NCBI GenBank assembly: GCA_902523865.1
Contig: CABZBG010000004.1
Location: 11,979-75,978 of the forward strand
Source: an uncultured Alphaproteobacteria bacterium
GTDB taxonomy: Bacteria > Pseudomonadota > Alphaproteobacteria > HIMB59
Direction of reading: 5' to 3'
Length of the DNA stretch: 64,000 nucleotides
The notes under the pieces are model-generated. The model ran no database searches and was not told the origin of the DNA. It worked only from the letters and a program-made list of their open reading frames with translations. The position numbers and the translations under genes are program-made. Every line of letters starts with the position of its first letter. The first letter of the stretch is position 1. Of this stretch, positions 41,898 to 51,728 are shown piece by piece.

Positions 41898-42929
41898 TTA
41901 ACCCCAACATCTATCCATACCTTCTGCAGTATCGATAGAAGGTACACCTGATGCAGGTTGATCTGTAACTAAGTTCACACCAGTATCAAAAAAGTCAAGT
42001 CCTGGAGTGTTTGCAGGCTTAGTTCCATTTTCAGCCCATGCTTTAATAGCCTCAACACCTAGAGATGCCATTAAGAGTGGGTATTGTTGTGAAGTAGCAC
42101 CAATAACTCCATCTTTAACATCCTGAACACCAGGGCAACCACCGTCAACAGAAACAATTAAAATTCCATCATCGGCTTTACCAGCAGCCTTAAGTGCCTC
42201 GTATGCACCAGCAGCAGCAGGCTCATTTAGTGTGTAAACTACATTAATATCAGGATTTTTTTGAAGAAGTTTTTCCATTGCGTCTCTTCCACCTTCTTCA
42301 TTACCATTAGTAGGCTCATTACCAACTATTCTTGGATCATCCTCATCTCCCCATCTAGTGATATCTTTAGTATCAATTCCAAAACCAGTTAAGAAACCCT
42401 GGTCTCTGAGAACGTCAACGGATGGTTGGCTAATGTTTAGATTTAACATAGCAATGATTGCTTTAGATGTATCACCAAATGATGAAGCAGCCCACTCACC
42501 AATTAACTGACCAGCTTTGAAGTTATCAGTAGCAAAAGTTGAGTCTGCAGCGGTGATTGGTTCTAAAGGTGTATCAAGTGCTATCACCAATAATCCAGCA
42601 TCTCTTGCTTGTTGAAGAGGTGTAGTAATAGCTTTTGTATCTGATGCAGCTATTAAAATACCACTAGCACCTGATGCAATGCATGTCTCAACTGCTTTAA
42701 CCTGAGTTTCGTGATCACCATCAATCTTTCCAGCGAATGTTGAGAGTTTAATACCAAGCTCATCAGCTTTAGCTTTAGCTCCCTCTTTCATTTTAACAAA
42801 AAAAGGATTGATATCCGTTTTTGTAATTAGACAAGCTTCGATTGCATGGCTTCCAGCTTTTGCGGGAAGAGTTGCAAAAGTAAATGCAACTGCCATTAAT
42901 GAAGCCAGAACTAGAGATAATTTTCTCAT
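41898..42929 (-). CDS. frcB: Fructose/mannose/ribose ABC transporter substrate-binding protein
   Basis: Signal peptide; [49 protein letters not shown]-terminal CWG; SD GGAGG. Confidence 0.88.
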   Translation of the reverse strand: MRKLSLVLASLMAVAFTFATLPAKAGSHAIEACLITKTDINPFFVKMKEGAKAKADELGIKLSTFAGKIDGDHETQVKAVETCIASGASGILIAASDTKAITTPLQQARDAGLLVIALDTPLEPITAADSTFATDNFKAGQLIGEWAASSFGDTSKAIIAMLNLNISQPSVDVLRDQGFLTGFGIDTKDITRWGDEDDPRIVGNEPTNGNEEGGRDAMEKLLQKNPDINVVYTLNEPAAAGAYEALKAAGKADDGILIVSVDGGCPGVQDVKDGVIGATSQQYPLLMASLGVEAIKAWAENGTKPANTPGLDFFDTGVNLVTDQPASGVPSIDTAEGMDRCWG

Positions 42930-42965
42930 AGTTATTTCCTCCTATGTATATATACGCGATTACAA

Positions 42966-42991
42966 TAGCCTAAAAAATAGGTCTTAGGCTA
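42966..42991. promoter_or_regulatory. Inverted repeat between aplK and frcB (terminator or operator)
   Basis: TAGCCTAA-N10-TTAGGCTA. Confidence 0.45.
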
Positions 42992-43007
42992 GATATTTTT
43001 AATATTT

Positions 43008-44480
43008 TTAATGTTGATTTTTTAAAAAATGTTTATCAATAATTAACTTCCATTGATCGTACGTGGTTTGTGTAACTTTGTTTTGTTTAGGTCTTATTAC
43101 CTTATGATTAAGTCTAAATTCCTCTAAATCATTTAAATTAGTAATGTTACGTAGATATTGTATTCCTAATAATAAGACTCCATAGGATGACATATCCTCT
43201 ATTTCTGGAATATTGACATCAGTTTGAGTTAAATCAGCAATTAATTGTGTAAAAAATTTATTTTTAATCATTCCACCATCTATAGACAAATTATTTAAAG
43301 ACAAGTTTTTAGATTTTTGAAGAAATTCTAAGTAAACAATCATTTGAAAAGCTACTGACTCAAGAGCTGCACGAGTTAAGTGTCTCTTATCTACAGCAGG
43401 ATTAATTCCAAAAAAAGCAGAACGAGCACTTGAAATCCAATATGGAGGGCCCAAACCAGAAAAAGCTGGAACGAAAAAGACGCCATTGCTACTCTCTATT
43501 TCCATAGAAAATTCCTCACTTTCATTAACAGATTTTATTAGTTGTAAATTATTTTTGACCCATGAGATTGTACCTCCAGCAAAAGATCCCAGACACTCTA
43601 ATGCATAAGTATTTTGTTTGTTAGTAAACGCAAGAGAGGTAAAAGACTTATCGTCTAATAATAATTCTTCACCAATGTTTGTTTGTATATTAAAACCAGT
43701 ACCAGTTGTAATTTTAGTATCACCCTTTTTAAAACAAGAGTTTGCAAAAAATGAAGCTTGGGCATCACCAGCAACACCAATAATAGGAATTCTTTTATTA
43801 AAACTCCCCTCAAAGTCACTTTCACCAAATAATTCAGAGCTTTTTTTGATCTTAGGAAATTGGATATTTTTAATATTAAATATAGATAATAATTCTTTAT
43901 CCCATTTATTATTAAGGCAATTAAATAGTAGAGTCCTTGAAGCATTAGTAGTATCAGTGACAAAAGACTCTAAATTTGTTAAGCGATATATAAGATACGT
44001 TTCGATTGTTCCAAAGCAAATTTCTTCACTTTCTATTTTTGAATTTATTTCAGAATTATTTTCAATAAGCCAATTTAACTTACTTCCAGAAAAAAAGGTA
44101 TTTGGTTGGAGACCAGTCTTCTTTTGAATAGTTTGAGTTAATTCTTTATTTCTCAATAGATCATCACAAATGTTTTGTCCCCTTGTGCATTGCCAAACAA
44201 TTGCGTTATGTATGGGCTTGCCTGTTTTTTTTTCAAATAATGAAAAAGTCTCTCTTTGATTTGTAATACTTATAAATTGAGGTTCAGGCGATAAAAGGGA
44301 AGCTTGTTTTACAAGTTCATTTAAATTTTGAAAGATTTCCTCAAGGTCATGCTCAATGTATCCTTCTTTTGTATAAATTTGTTTGTGTTCTTTTTGAAAT
44401 CTTTTTAAAACTTTTAAACTTTCGTCAAAAACTAATACTGTTGTAGAGGAAGTGCTAGAGTCAATGGTTATGTAACCCAT
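43008..44480 (-). CDS. aplK: FGGY kinase, glycerol-kinase-like; probable apulose kinase
   Basis: ITNQRET, AIVWQC.R, TNASRTLL, VPAFSGLG.PYW, DGGM. Translationally coupled to the split transketolase and downstream of apsI. Confidence 0.65.
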   Translation of the reverse strand: MGYITIDSSTSSTTVLVFDESLKVLKRFQKEHKQIYTKEGYIEHDLEEIFQNLNELVKQASLLSPEPQFISITNQRETFSLFEKKTGKPIHNAIVWQCTRGQNICDDLLRNKELTQTIQKKTGLQPNTFFSGSKLNWLIENNSEINSKIESEEICFGTIETYLIYRLTNLESFVTDTTNASRTLLFNCLNNKWDKELLSIFNIKNIQFPKIKKSSELFGESDFEGSFNKRIPIIGVAGDAQASFFANSCFKKGDTKITTGTGFNIQTNIGEELLLDDKSFTSLAFTNKQNTYALECLGSFAGGTISWVKNNLQLIKSVNESEEFSMEIESSNGVFFVPAFSGLGPPYWISSARSAFFGINPAVDKRHLTRAALESVAFQMIVYLEFLQKSKNLSLNNLSIDGGMIKNKFFTQLIADLTQTDVNIPEIEDMSSYGVLLLGIQYLRNITNLNDLEEFRLNHKVIRPKQNKVTQTTYDQWKLIIDKHFLKNQH

Positions 44481-45418
44481 TAACCTAGCATTTGGGCAGA
44501 TAAAGCTGCAATTTTTTCAGGACTCATATTATAATGATTTAGTACATCGGCCTGGGAGCCATTAACTATATATTCATCTGGTATTCCAAGAATTTTAAAA
44601 TCAAGATTAATTTTATTTTGTGCGATGATATTTGCGCATTGTTCACCTAAACCTCCATAAATACTGTGTTCTTCAATTGATATTAAAACCTTGGATTTTT
44701 TAGCCATTTTTATAAAAATATCTTTATCGAAGGGTTTTATTGTGTGCATACTTATTATATTAGGATTAATACCCTTTGTTTTTAAAATCTCTCCTGCCAA
44801 TACAGCTCTTTGAACAGTTTCTCCTGTAGAAACTAAAGTAATGTCTTCTCCCTCTGAAACTGTTATCGCTTTTCCAATTTGAAAAATAGTTCCGGGAGAA
44901 TGAATATTCATCATTGGTTTTTTTCCATACCTTATATATAGAGGTTTGTCATAACCAACGGAGGCTTTAATAACCTCTGAAGCTTCTAAGTTATCTGCTG
45001 GAGCAACAATCGAGATGTTATTAAATGTTCTTAAAGATGCAAAATCATTAATGGAATGATGCGTTGAGCCAAGTTGCCCGTAGCTAATGCCAGCACTTAT
45101 ACCAACTAGAACAACAGATTGATTTGAATAACAGATATCATTTTTAATTTGCTCAATAGACCGAGCTGTAAGAAAGCTTGCTGGAGACACACCAAATACC
45201 TTTTTACCACCTGCTGAAAGACCTGCAGAAATTCCTACTAAATTTTGTTCAGCTATACCTACCTCTATTATTTGATCTGGTAATTCTTTTCCGAAATTTA
45301 CTAACTTTCCTGACCCCCTTGAGTCACTAGTCACAACTAATATATTTTGATTTATTTTTGCTTGATCTAAAAGTGTATCAGCAAATATTTCTAAATTTGG
45401 TTTTCCAATATCATTCAT
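44480..45418 (-). CDS. aptB: Transketolase C-terminal subunit; probable apulose-4-phosphate transketolase B
   Basis: TSDSRGSG, EVGIAEQN, GISYG.LG.THH, YIR, IKPFD, EEHS..GGLG. Confidence 0.75.
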   Translation of the reverse strand: MNDIGKPNLEIFADTLLDQAKINQNILVVTSDSRGSGKLVNFGKELPDQIIEVGIAEQNLVGISAGLSAGGKKVFGVSPASFLTARSIEQIKNDICYSNQSVVLVGISAGISYGQLGSTHHSINDFASLRTFNNISIVAPADNLEASEVIKASVGYDKPLYIRYGKKPMMNIHSPGTIFQIGKAITVSEGEDITLVSTGETVQRAVLAGEILKTKGINPNIISMHTIKPFDKDIFIKMAKKSKVLISIEEHSIYGGLGEQCANIIAQNKINLDFKILGIPDEYIVNGSQADVLNHYNMSPEKIAALSAQMLG

Positions 45419-46244
45419 AATTACTTAATTTTTCATCCAATTCTTTAATTGCTTTTTTATACTCCTCATCTGTTGGAACCTTGTGATGCCAAGAGATTTC
45501 ATTTTCAATAAAACTTATTCCGCAACCCTTGACTGTATTAGCAATAATCACGTTTGGTTTGCTACCAGTAAAAGGAACTTTTTGAAATATTTCCAGAAGT
45601 TCAAAAATATTATTTCCATTAACAAATTCTACGTTAAAACCAAAAGATTTAAATTTCTCATCTAAAGGTTCAATTGGATTAACATCTTCTGTTTTACCAG
45701 TAATTTGTAAATGATTTCTATCAACAACGACAATAAGATTATCCAATTGATATTTACTTGCTGATGTACAAGCCTCCCAAACAGATCCTTCAGAAAGCTC
45801 TCCATCTCCTAATAAAGCAAACACCTTTTTTTTCGATTTATCTTTTTTCTTAGCCAGTGCTAATCCAACGGCAACTGAAAGCCCGTGCCCTAGTGCACCT
45901 GTATTGTGCTCAACACCCAAAACCTTTCTTGTTGGATGGCCAATGAAATGAGAGTCAAACGCATTTAAAGTGTTTAGATCTTCTTTTTTAAAAAACCCTA
46001 CATCACATAAAACAGTGTAAAGAGCCTCAACTGAGTGGCCTTTGCTGTGAATGTAATTATTTCTTTCAATATTGCTGAAATTATTGGGTGTAATTTCTAG
46101 AATACCATTATAAAGAACATTCAAGATGTCTATACAGGATAAACTTCCACCAGTATGCCCTGCTCCTGAATTGTAAATAATTTCTATAATCGTCCTTCTA
46201 TATTCTAAGGATTTTTTTTCTAAGAATTTTTGATCTACACTCAT
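45411..46244 (-). CDS. aptA: Transketolase N-terminal (TPP-binding) subunit; probable apulose-4-phosphate transketolase A
   Basis: GHTGGSLS, SKGH, TGALGHG, GDGELSEGSVWEA, NTVKG, WHH. Confidence 0.75.
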   Translation of the reverse strand: MSVDQKFLEKKSLEYRRTIIEIIYNSGAGHTGGSLSCIDILNVLYNGILEITPNNFSNIERNNYIHSKGHSVEALYTVLCDVGFFKKEDLNTLNAFDSHFIGHPTRKVLGVEHNTGALGHGLSVAVGLALAKKKDKSKKKVFALLGDGELSEGSVWEACTSASKYQLDNLIVVVDRNHLQITGKTEDVNPIEPLDEKFKSFGFNVEFVNGNNIFELLEIFQKVPFTGSKPNVIIANTVKGCGISFIENEISWHHKVPTDEEYKKAIKELDEKLSNYE

Positions 46245-46283
46245 TATAAGATTGTCAATTTAAAATAATAACTCTGATTTTTT

Positions 46284-47273
46284 CTAGTCTCGAGCTAAAT
46301 GTTTATACAGAGCCTTTTGTGCAATTTTTAACGCACCCATGGCATCATGATTGGCTTGTGCTTTAGATAGAGCATCGTAATCTAAGTCATCTAGTGCCTT
46401 ATCAACTGATTTTAAAAAATCTATCGCCATATTTGCCATTTCAACACTATCTTCACGAAATGGGAACTGATCTAACTGCCAAACTCCCTGCCAATTATTT
46501 TTTCTTAAGACATAAAAAAATTCAAAAAGCTCCATTGGATGAAGGCTCCCTGTTAAAAGATCATCATCCCAAGATCTATAATTATCGTTAACATCCATCC
46601 CAAATAACCTTCCGTGATCAATTGCTAATTGAGCAGAGTCAGCGGCTGACTCTCCACCATAAATTGCATGACCAAAGTCTAAAAGTACTCCTATATTAGG
46701 TAAGCCTATTTGTTCAATTCCAAGTAACGTTCTAGTCATCGAGTCGTAAATCATTTTCACCCTTGGTTCGCGAGGTTTGTATTCGATTACAAATTTTAAA
46801 TCAGAATTTTCAGTTGCCAAGTTCCCAACTCCATCCATTGAATTTTTCCATATTGATTTATGGTCAACTTGAAAAGGATAATCCCATCCATCTTGACCTG
46901 GCCAAAGTTTAACATAAGAAGCATTAAAGAAACGAACTGCTTCACACGCCTCAGTAATTAATTCATGTGCTCTTTTTCTGACGCCAGGATCTGGATTAGT
47001 AAAAGCACCTTTTGAAAATTCTCTTGTATAAATTTCAGGGGTTACACCAATTACTTTTAATCCTGCTTTATCGAGAGCTTTTTTAATTTGTTCATTTGAA
47101 AACTCTCCTCCAAAATATGGATAGTTAATATCAACATAAGATAAATCCGTAACTTTTCCGGCAAGCTCAATAGCTTCAATTACGCTTCGTGGTTCTCCAT
47201 AACCATCAGTTGCATATCTATCTAGATAAGTAGCGAAATGCCAGATACCTGCTCCAAACTCTTGTTTTTTCAT
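46284..47273 (-). CDS. apsI: Xylose-isomerase-like TIM barrel; probable D-apiose isomerase
   Basis: [76 protein letters not shown] closely recall the Pectobacterium ApsI. Start placed at ATG 47273 (MKKQEF) rather than 47327. Confidence 0.8.
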   Translation of the reverse strand: MKKQEFGAGIWHFATYLDRYATDGYGEPRSVIEAIELAGKVTDLSYVDINYPYFGGEFSNEQIKKALDKAGLKVIGVTPEIYTREFSKGAFTNPDPGVRKRAHELITEACEAVRFFNASYVKLWPGQDGWDYPFQVDHKSIWKNSMDGVGNLATENSDLKFVIEYKPREPRVKMIYDSMTRTLLGIEQIGLPNIGVLLDFGHAIYGGESAADSAQLAIDHGRLFGMDVNDNYRSWDDDLLTGSLHPMELFEFFYVLRKNNWQGVWQLDQFPFREDSVEMANMAIDFLKSVDKALDDLDYDALSKAQANHDAMGALKIAQKALYKHLARD

Positions 47274-47320
47274 TATTTCATTTTCTATTATTTCAATAAT
47301 TTTATCTATCAATAATTTTA

Positions 47321-47460
47321 AATGCATATTTGTCTAGTTTATGGACATTTATTGACGATAATTTTGTCGCAAATGTATAAATTGCATAGTTTTTTATTCA
47401 CAATTGTTTGGATTTGCTTTCAAAATCGAATAATATGCATTCGTTATAATTAAGGAGGAA
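47321..47460. promoter_or_regulatory. Divergent promoter region between apsI and the sugar-binding protein gene
   Basis: TTGACG (47352), 18 nt, TATAAA (47376) on the plus strand. AATGCATATT (47321-47330) and its exact reverse complement (47432-47441). SD AGGAGG before 47464. Confidence 0.5.
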
Positions 47461-47463
47461 TTA

Positions 47464-48366
47464 ATGAAAAAAATAATTCTTACAATTCTTGTTTCATTCC
47501 TATCTCTTTCTGCATTTGCTGAAAGAATAGTTATGGTAACACACGGTGAGGGTAAAGACCCTTTCTGGCCTGTTGTGCAAAAAGGTGGTGAAGATGCTGC
47601 TAGACACGTAGGTGCAGATTTTGAATATATCTTTAACCCATCTGGAGATCTAGGTGACATGGCTAAGTCAATTGCAGCTGCTGCTGCTACCCAGCCTGAT
47701 GGTATGGTAGTTTCACTTCCAGATCCTGAAGCACTAGGTCAAGCAATTAAAGACGCTGTAGCAGCTGGTATTCCAGTCATTACAATGAACTCAGGTTTAG
47801 AGTCATCCGCATCTTTAGGTGCTCTAATGCACGTTGGTCAGCCAGAATTTCTTGCTGGTCAGAAAGCGGGTGAAAGAGCAAAAGCTGAGGGTGCCACAAA
47901 AGCTCTTTGTATGATTCAAGAGGCCTACAACACAGCTCTTACAGACAGATGTGGTGGATATGCTACAGCATTACCTACAACAAATGTAGATACTTCTAAT
48001 GACCCAGCTTCTATACCAACTAGAGCTGCGGCTGGTTTACAGGCTAACCCTGATGTTGACGCAGTTCTCTCAGTTGGACCACACGTTTGTTCAGGTGTTC
48101 AAGCAGCGATTGACGATCTAGGAATGTCTGTTCACCACTCATGTTTTGACTTAAGCCCTGAAGTAATGGACTTAATCAACTCAGGTAAAGTTGCATATAC
48201 AATTGATCAACAACAAAGATTACAAGGTTATATGCCTGTTGTTGTTCTTCATTTGTACAACAATGGTGCTGGTCTTCTTCCTGGTGCAAACATTCCATCA
48301 GGTCCAGGATTTGTTGATAAATCAAACGCATCATCAGTTTCTGCTTTAGCAGGTATTGATAGATAA
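47464..48366 (+). CDS. Sugar/polyol ABC transporter substrate-binding protein (class I PBP; inositol or apiose candidate)
   Basis: Signal peptide; VTHG..DPFW, GIPVITMNSG, HVGQPE, FDLSP, IDQQQRLQGY. Confidence 0.88.
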   Translation: MKKIILTILVSFLSLSAFAERIVMVTHGEGKDPFWPVVQKGGEDAARHVGADFEYIFNPSGDLGDMAKSIAAAAATQPDGMVVSLPDPEALGQAIKDAVAAGIPVITMNSGLESSASLGALMHVGQPEFLAGQKAGERAKAEGATKALCMIQEAYNTALTDRCGGYATALPTTNVDTSNDPASIPTRAAAGLQANPDVDAVLSVGPHVCSGVQAAIDDLGMSVHHSCFDLSPEVMDLINSGKVAYTIDQQQRLQGYMPVVVLHLYNNGAGLLPGANIPSGPGFVDKSNASSVSALAGIDR

Positions 48367-48379
48367 TCTAAATATCTTT

Positions 48380-48407
48380 TAAAGTGGGCAGCTTTCTGCC
48401 CACTTTA
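48380..48407 (+). terminator. Stem-loop between binding-protein and permease genes
   Basis: TAAAGTGGGCAG-CTTT-CTGCCCACTTTA perfect 12-bp stem. Confidence 0.8.
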
Positions 48408-48456
48408 CAAAAAAAATTTACAAGAAAGATAGATATTATTTTAATATTCTTAAAAT

Positions 48457-50043
48457 ATGAATAAATCCACAACACAAAGAAAAGAAGCAGATAGACACCA
48501 AGAAAAGTCGTGGCTTTCAAAACTAATTTCAAGACCTGAGATTGGACCAATTGGAGTGATGCTTCTGTTATTTGGAATGCTTGGATATTTCTCCATACCT
48601 GCTGGAGAAATGTCATGGAACCCATTTACAGGCGAGGGTTTTAATGCATTAGGTATAAGAAATTTTTTAAGAGTTATTTCACAGTTAGGAATAATTGCGA
48701 TTGGAGCTGGTTTACTTATTATAGCTGGAGAGTTTGATTTATCCATAGGCTCGATGATCGGTTTTGCTGGCGCTTGTATGGCCATGATCTTGCGATGGGG
48801 TTTTTCTATTATAATCCCTTATGTATCCTTTGAAGGTGGCTTTCATATTGAATTTTTAACATTAATCCATTTATCTGATGTCTCTCCTCTAGGAGCAATT
48901 TTCATAACTTTGTGTTTCACATTATTTTTTGGCTGGCTTCAAGGAACTATTATTGTCAGGTCAGGTCTTCCTTCATTTATCGTTACTCTAGGGGGTTTAT
49001 TTTTCTTAAGAGGATTAACAGAGGTTTCCCTTCGATCTTTTAACCACAGAGCAGATCAAACTAAAGGCGCAACCACAGTAACTGAAATCCCTGATATCAA
49101 AAATATTGTAAATGTTCCAGGTCACGGAGAAATGGTCAGAGAAAAAGCCAAAGCATTACCTGAAGCAGATCTTGTTGCTATAGCCCAAGACATACCTGCC
49201 GACACGGTAGCCTCAATAACTGAAAGATTAGAATATACCTACCAACGAGTTGCTGAAGCTAAAACAGAAATTCTTATAAAAAAAGGTGTCAAACCTCTAG
49301 AACAAGCACTCGCTAACGCACAAGAATCCGGTAATGATTATATGGTTTCAATGATCCAAGAAAAAATTACGAACTTTAAAATTGAACCAGCTGTTGCCAA
49401 AACAGTTACAGATGTTGATATAGCCAGAGTTTATATAGACTCATTGTATTCTACAAAACCTGTCGCTAACTTCTTTGGCGGTGATATTTTAGAACCAATA
49501 TTTGACTGGCTTTATTTTCCTGTTGATTGGAATACTAATAATTTTGGAAATCAGTTTGCCTCAGGCCTTTATTCTTGTGTTATGATATGGCTAATCATAG
49601 CTCTAGTTTGCTATGTTGTTTTAAGTAAGACTCAGGCTGGAAATTGGATTTACTCAACGGGTGGAAATTTAAATGCGGCCAAAGCAAATGGAGTACCCAC
49701 TGACAAAGTAAAGGTCTCATTATTTATGTTTTCTGCTTTCTGCGCAACTATCTTTGCAACATGTCAGGTATTTGAAGTCAACACTGCTGATGCAGCAAAA
49801 GGTAATTTGAAAGAACTTGAAGCAATAGCGGCAGCTGTAATTGGCGGTGTCGTCCTAACAGGTGGCTTTGGAACTATATTAGGCATTGTAGTCGGAGCTT
49901 TTATATTTGGTGTAGCGAAAGAGGCTTTCTTTTATATACCAGGTATTGATGGCTCTTTTTATCGAGTGTTCTTAGGACTCGTTATCATTGCCTCAGCATT
50001 AACAAATGAAAATATTCGAAAAAGAATTATGGGAAGTATTTAG
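48457..50043 (+). CDS. Sugar ABC permease (RbsC/BPD_transp_2 family) with a large inserted soluble domain
   Basis: GEFDLSIGS, LPSFIVTLG, GNWIYSTGGN, ELEAIAAAVIGG; 528 aa versus 360 aa for frcC. Confidence 0.88.
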   Translation: MNKSTTQRKEADRHQEKSWLSKLISRPEIGPIGVMLLLFGMLGYFSIPAGEMSWNPFTGEGFNALGIRNFLRVISQLGIIAIGAGLLIIAGEFDLSIGSMIGFAGACMAMILRWGFSIIIPYVSFEGGFHIEFLTLIHLSDVSPLGAIFITLCFTLFFGWLQGTIIVRSGLPSFIVTLGGLFFLRGLTEVSLRSFNHRADQTKGATTVTEIPDIKNIVNVPGHGEMVREKAKALPEADLVAIAQDIPADTVASITERLEYTYQRVAEAKTEILIKKGVKPLEQALANAQESGNDYMVSMIQEKITNFKIEPAVAKTVTDVDIARVYIDSLYSTKPVANFFGGDILEPIFDWLYFPVDWNTNNFGNQFASGLYSCVMIWLIIALVCYVVLSKTQAGNWIYSTGGNLNAAKANGVPTDKVKVSLFMFSAFCATIFATCQVFEVNTADAAKGNLKELEAIAAAVIGGVVLTGGFGTILGIVVGAFIFGVAKEAFFYIPGIDGSFYRVFLGLVIIASALTNENIRKRIMGSI

Positions 50044-50046
50044 AGT

Positions 50047-50834
50047 ATGGACAATAATCAAACCCCTTTTATTGAGATTACAGACTTAGTAAAAAAATTT
50101 GGAACATTTACAGCTCTTAATGGTGTTTCTTTAAACGTGTTACCCGGAGAGGTTCATGCTCTGCTTGGCGATAATGGAGCAGGGAAGTCAACTTTAATTA
50201 AAGTCTTATCAGGGGTCCATCAACCTACTTCAGGAATAATAAAAGTAGGAGGTAAAGAAGTAAAATTTGGATCTCCCAGAGAAGCTACAAATACTGGAAT
50301 AGGAACTGTTTACCAAGACTTGGCACTCAATGCACTGACTTCGGTTACAAGAAATTTTTTCCTAGGAAATGAATTAAAAAAAGGTCCAGGCCCTTTTGGA
50401 ATATTAGACTTTAAAAAATGGATGAAATCACAATTTCTGAAATGGGAAAAATAGGAATTAATATATCCGATCCAGCCCAACCTGTGGGAACAATGTCTGG
50501 TGGACAAAGACAAACATTAGCAATTGCTAGGGCTATTTATTTTGGAGCAAAAGTTTTAATATTAGATGAACCAACATCAGCTCTCGGACAAAGACAGCAG
50601 ATGGAGGTTTTAAAAACAATAAAGAATGTTCAAAAACTTGGAAACATAGCTATCATTCTTATTACACACAATGAAATTCACGCCCGCTTAATCGCAGACC
50701 GTTTTACTTTTTTAAGTCTCGGTGAAGTAATAGGATCAGGTAAGTCATCTGAACTAGGCGGGGACGATGTCAAAAGACTGATGGCAGGTGGCGCAGAAAT
50801 TGGCGATCTGGCAAAAGAATTAGAAGCAGTTTAA
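50047..50834 (+). pseudogene. Sugar ABC ATP-binding protein split by a single-base frameshift (pseudogene or sequencing error)
   Basis: Walker A GDNGAGKS and Q-loop lie in 50047..50454; signature MSGGQ, Walker B ILDE and H-loop lie in 50418..50834. Adding one A to the A6 run (50413-50418) gives a single 262-aa ORF. Confidence 0.85.
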
Positions 50835-50843
50835 ATAAAATTT

Positions 50844-51665
50844 CTAATAAGAGCTTGGATTAGTATCTTTATCACTTTCATCGTGATCTTGGTTTGTTAA
50901 CTCTTTAAATTTTTTCACGTGAGCTCCCGCAGCTCCTGCAAGAAGCCGAACATCATTAGTAATCGTTACAAAATCAAAACCCCACTCAGTAGCTTGAGCA
51001 GCATACTCAGGAGTGCCACAATGAAGACAAGCAACCTTTCCATGTTTGTGAGCTGTCGATAAAATTTTCTTTTTCGCATCAATCATTTCAGGTTCCTTGC
51101 GATCAAAACCTGGGACAAGTTTCCCTTGATTGAGACCAATTGTTAAATCTGCTGTTCCTATGTAAAGTCCATCTAGGTCAGGCGTCGATGCTATTTCATC
51201 AAGATTATCAAATGCCTGTTGTGTTTCAATCATTGCTAAGCAGAAAGTACTTTCATTAGCCTCATAAAAATAGTTTGAGCTCACAGAAAAATTTGCCCTA
51301 GTAGGGCCAAAACTTCTAATACCAACAGGAGGGTATTTACAATCTTGAACTAATTGCTCTGCTTGTTGACGTGTATTAATCATAGGACATATAATTCCCA
51401 AAGCACCTGCATCCATAACTTTAGATATAACAGCATGATCTAAACCAGAGACTCTACAAATTGGAGTCACACCGCTGTTACGGATGCTTTGCAACATAGT
51501 AAATAAATTATTAAAACCAATCATTCCATGTTGGTAGTCAATAGTTAAAGCGTCGTATCCCTGTTCTGACATAATTTCAGCAGTAAAAGTATTAGGAATA
51601 GATAAAAAGCTGTTGAGAACAGTTTGTTTTTTTGACCATTTAGTTTTGACAGTATTATTTATCAT
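50844..51665 (-). CDS. HpcH/HpaI-family pyruvate aldolase
   Basis: IDYQHG, DAGA.GIICPMIN, YPPVGIRSFGP, AMIET, YIGTADL. Confidence 0.88.
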   Translation of the reverse strand: MINNTVKTKWSKKQTVLNSFLSIPNTFTAEIMSEQGYDALTIDYQHGMIGFNNLFTMLQSIRNSGVTPICRVSGLDHAVISKVMDAGALGIICPMINTRQQAEQLVQDCKYPPVGIRSFGPTRANFSVSSNYFYEANESTFCLAMIETQQAFDNLDEIASTPDLDGLYIGTADLTIGLNQGKLVPGFDRKEPEMIDAKKKILSTAHKHGKVACLHCGTPEYAAQATEWGFDFVTITNDVRLLAGAAGAHVKKFKELTNQDHDESDKDTNPSSY

Positions 51666-51728
51666 TAAATCATTAATAATATTTATTTAACTAATAACAA
51701 TTTTTTATTAATTATTAATTAATTTATT

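Noticed and set aside
43008-44480. Calling this glpK
   Set aside because: The N-terminal motif is DSSTSS rather than DQGTTS, no glpD/glpF is nearby, and it is coupled to a split transketolase and isomerase.
46284-47327. Calling this xylA, and using the longer 47327 start
   Set aside because: It lacks XylA-like length and N-terminal pattern and matches the ApsI type. The first 18 codons of the long ORF look like AT-rich intergenic sequence.
50404-50425. Programmed -1 ribosomal frameshift
   Set aside because: In the reading frame (TTT AAA AAA TGG) there is no canonical X XXY YYZ heptamer, and no obvious downstream stimulatory hairpin. An indel is the simpler explanation.
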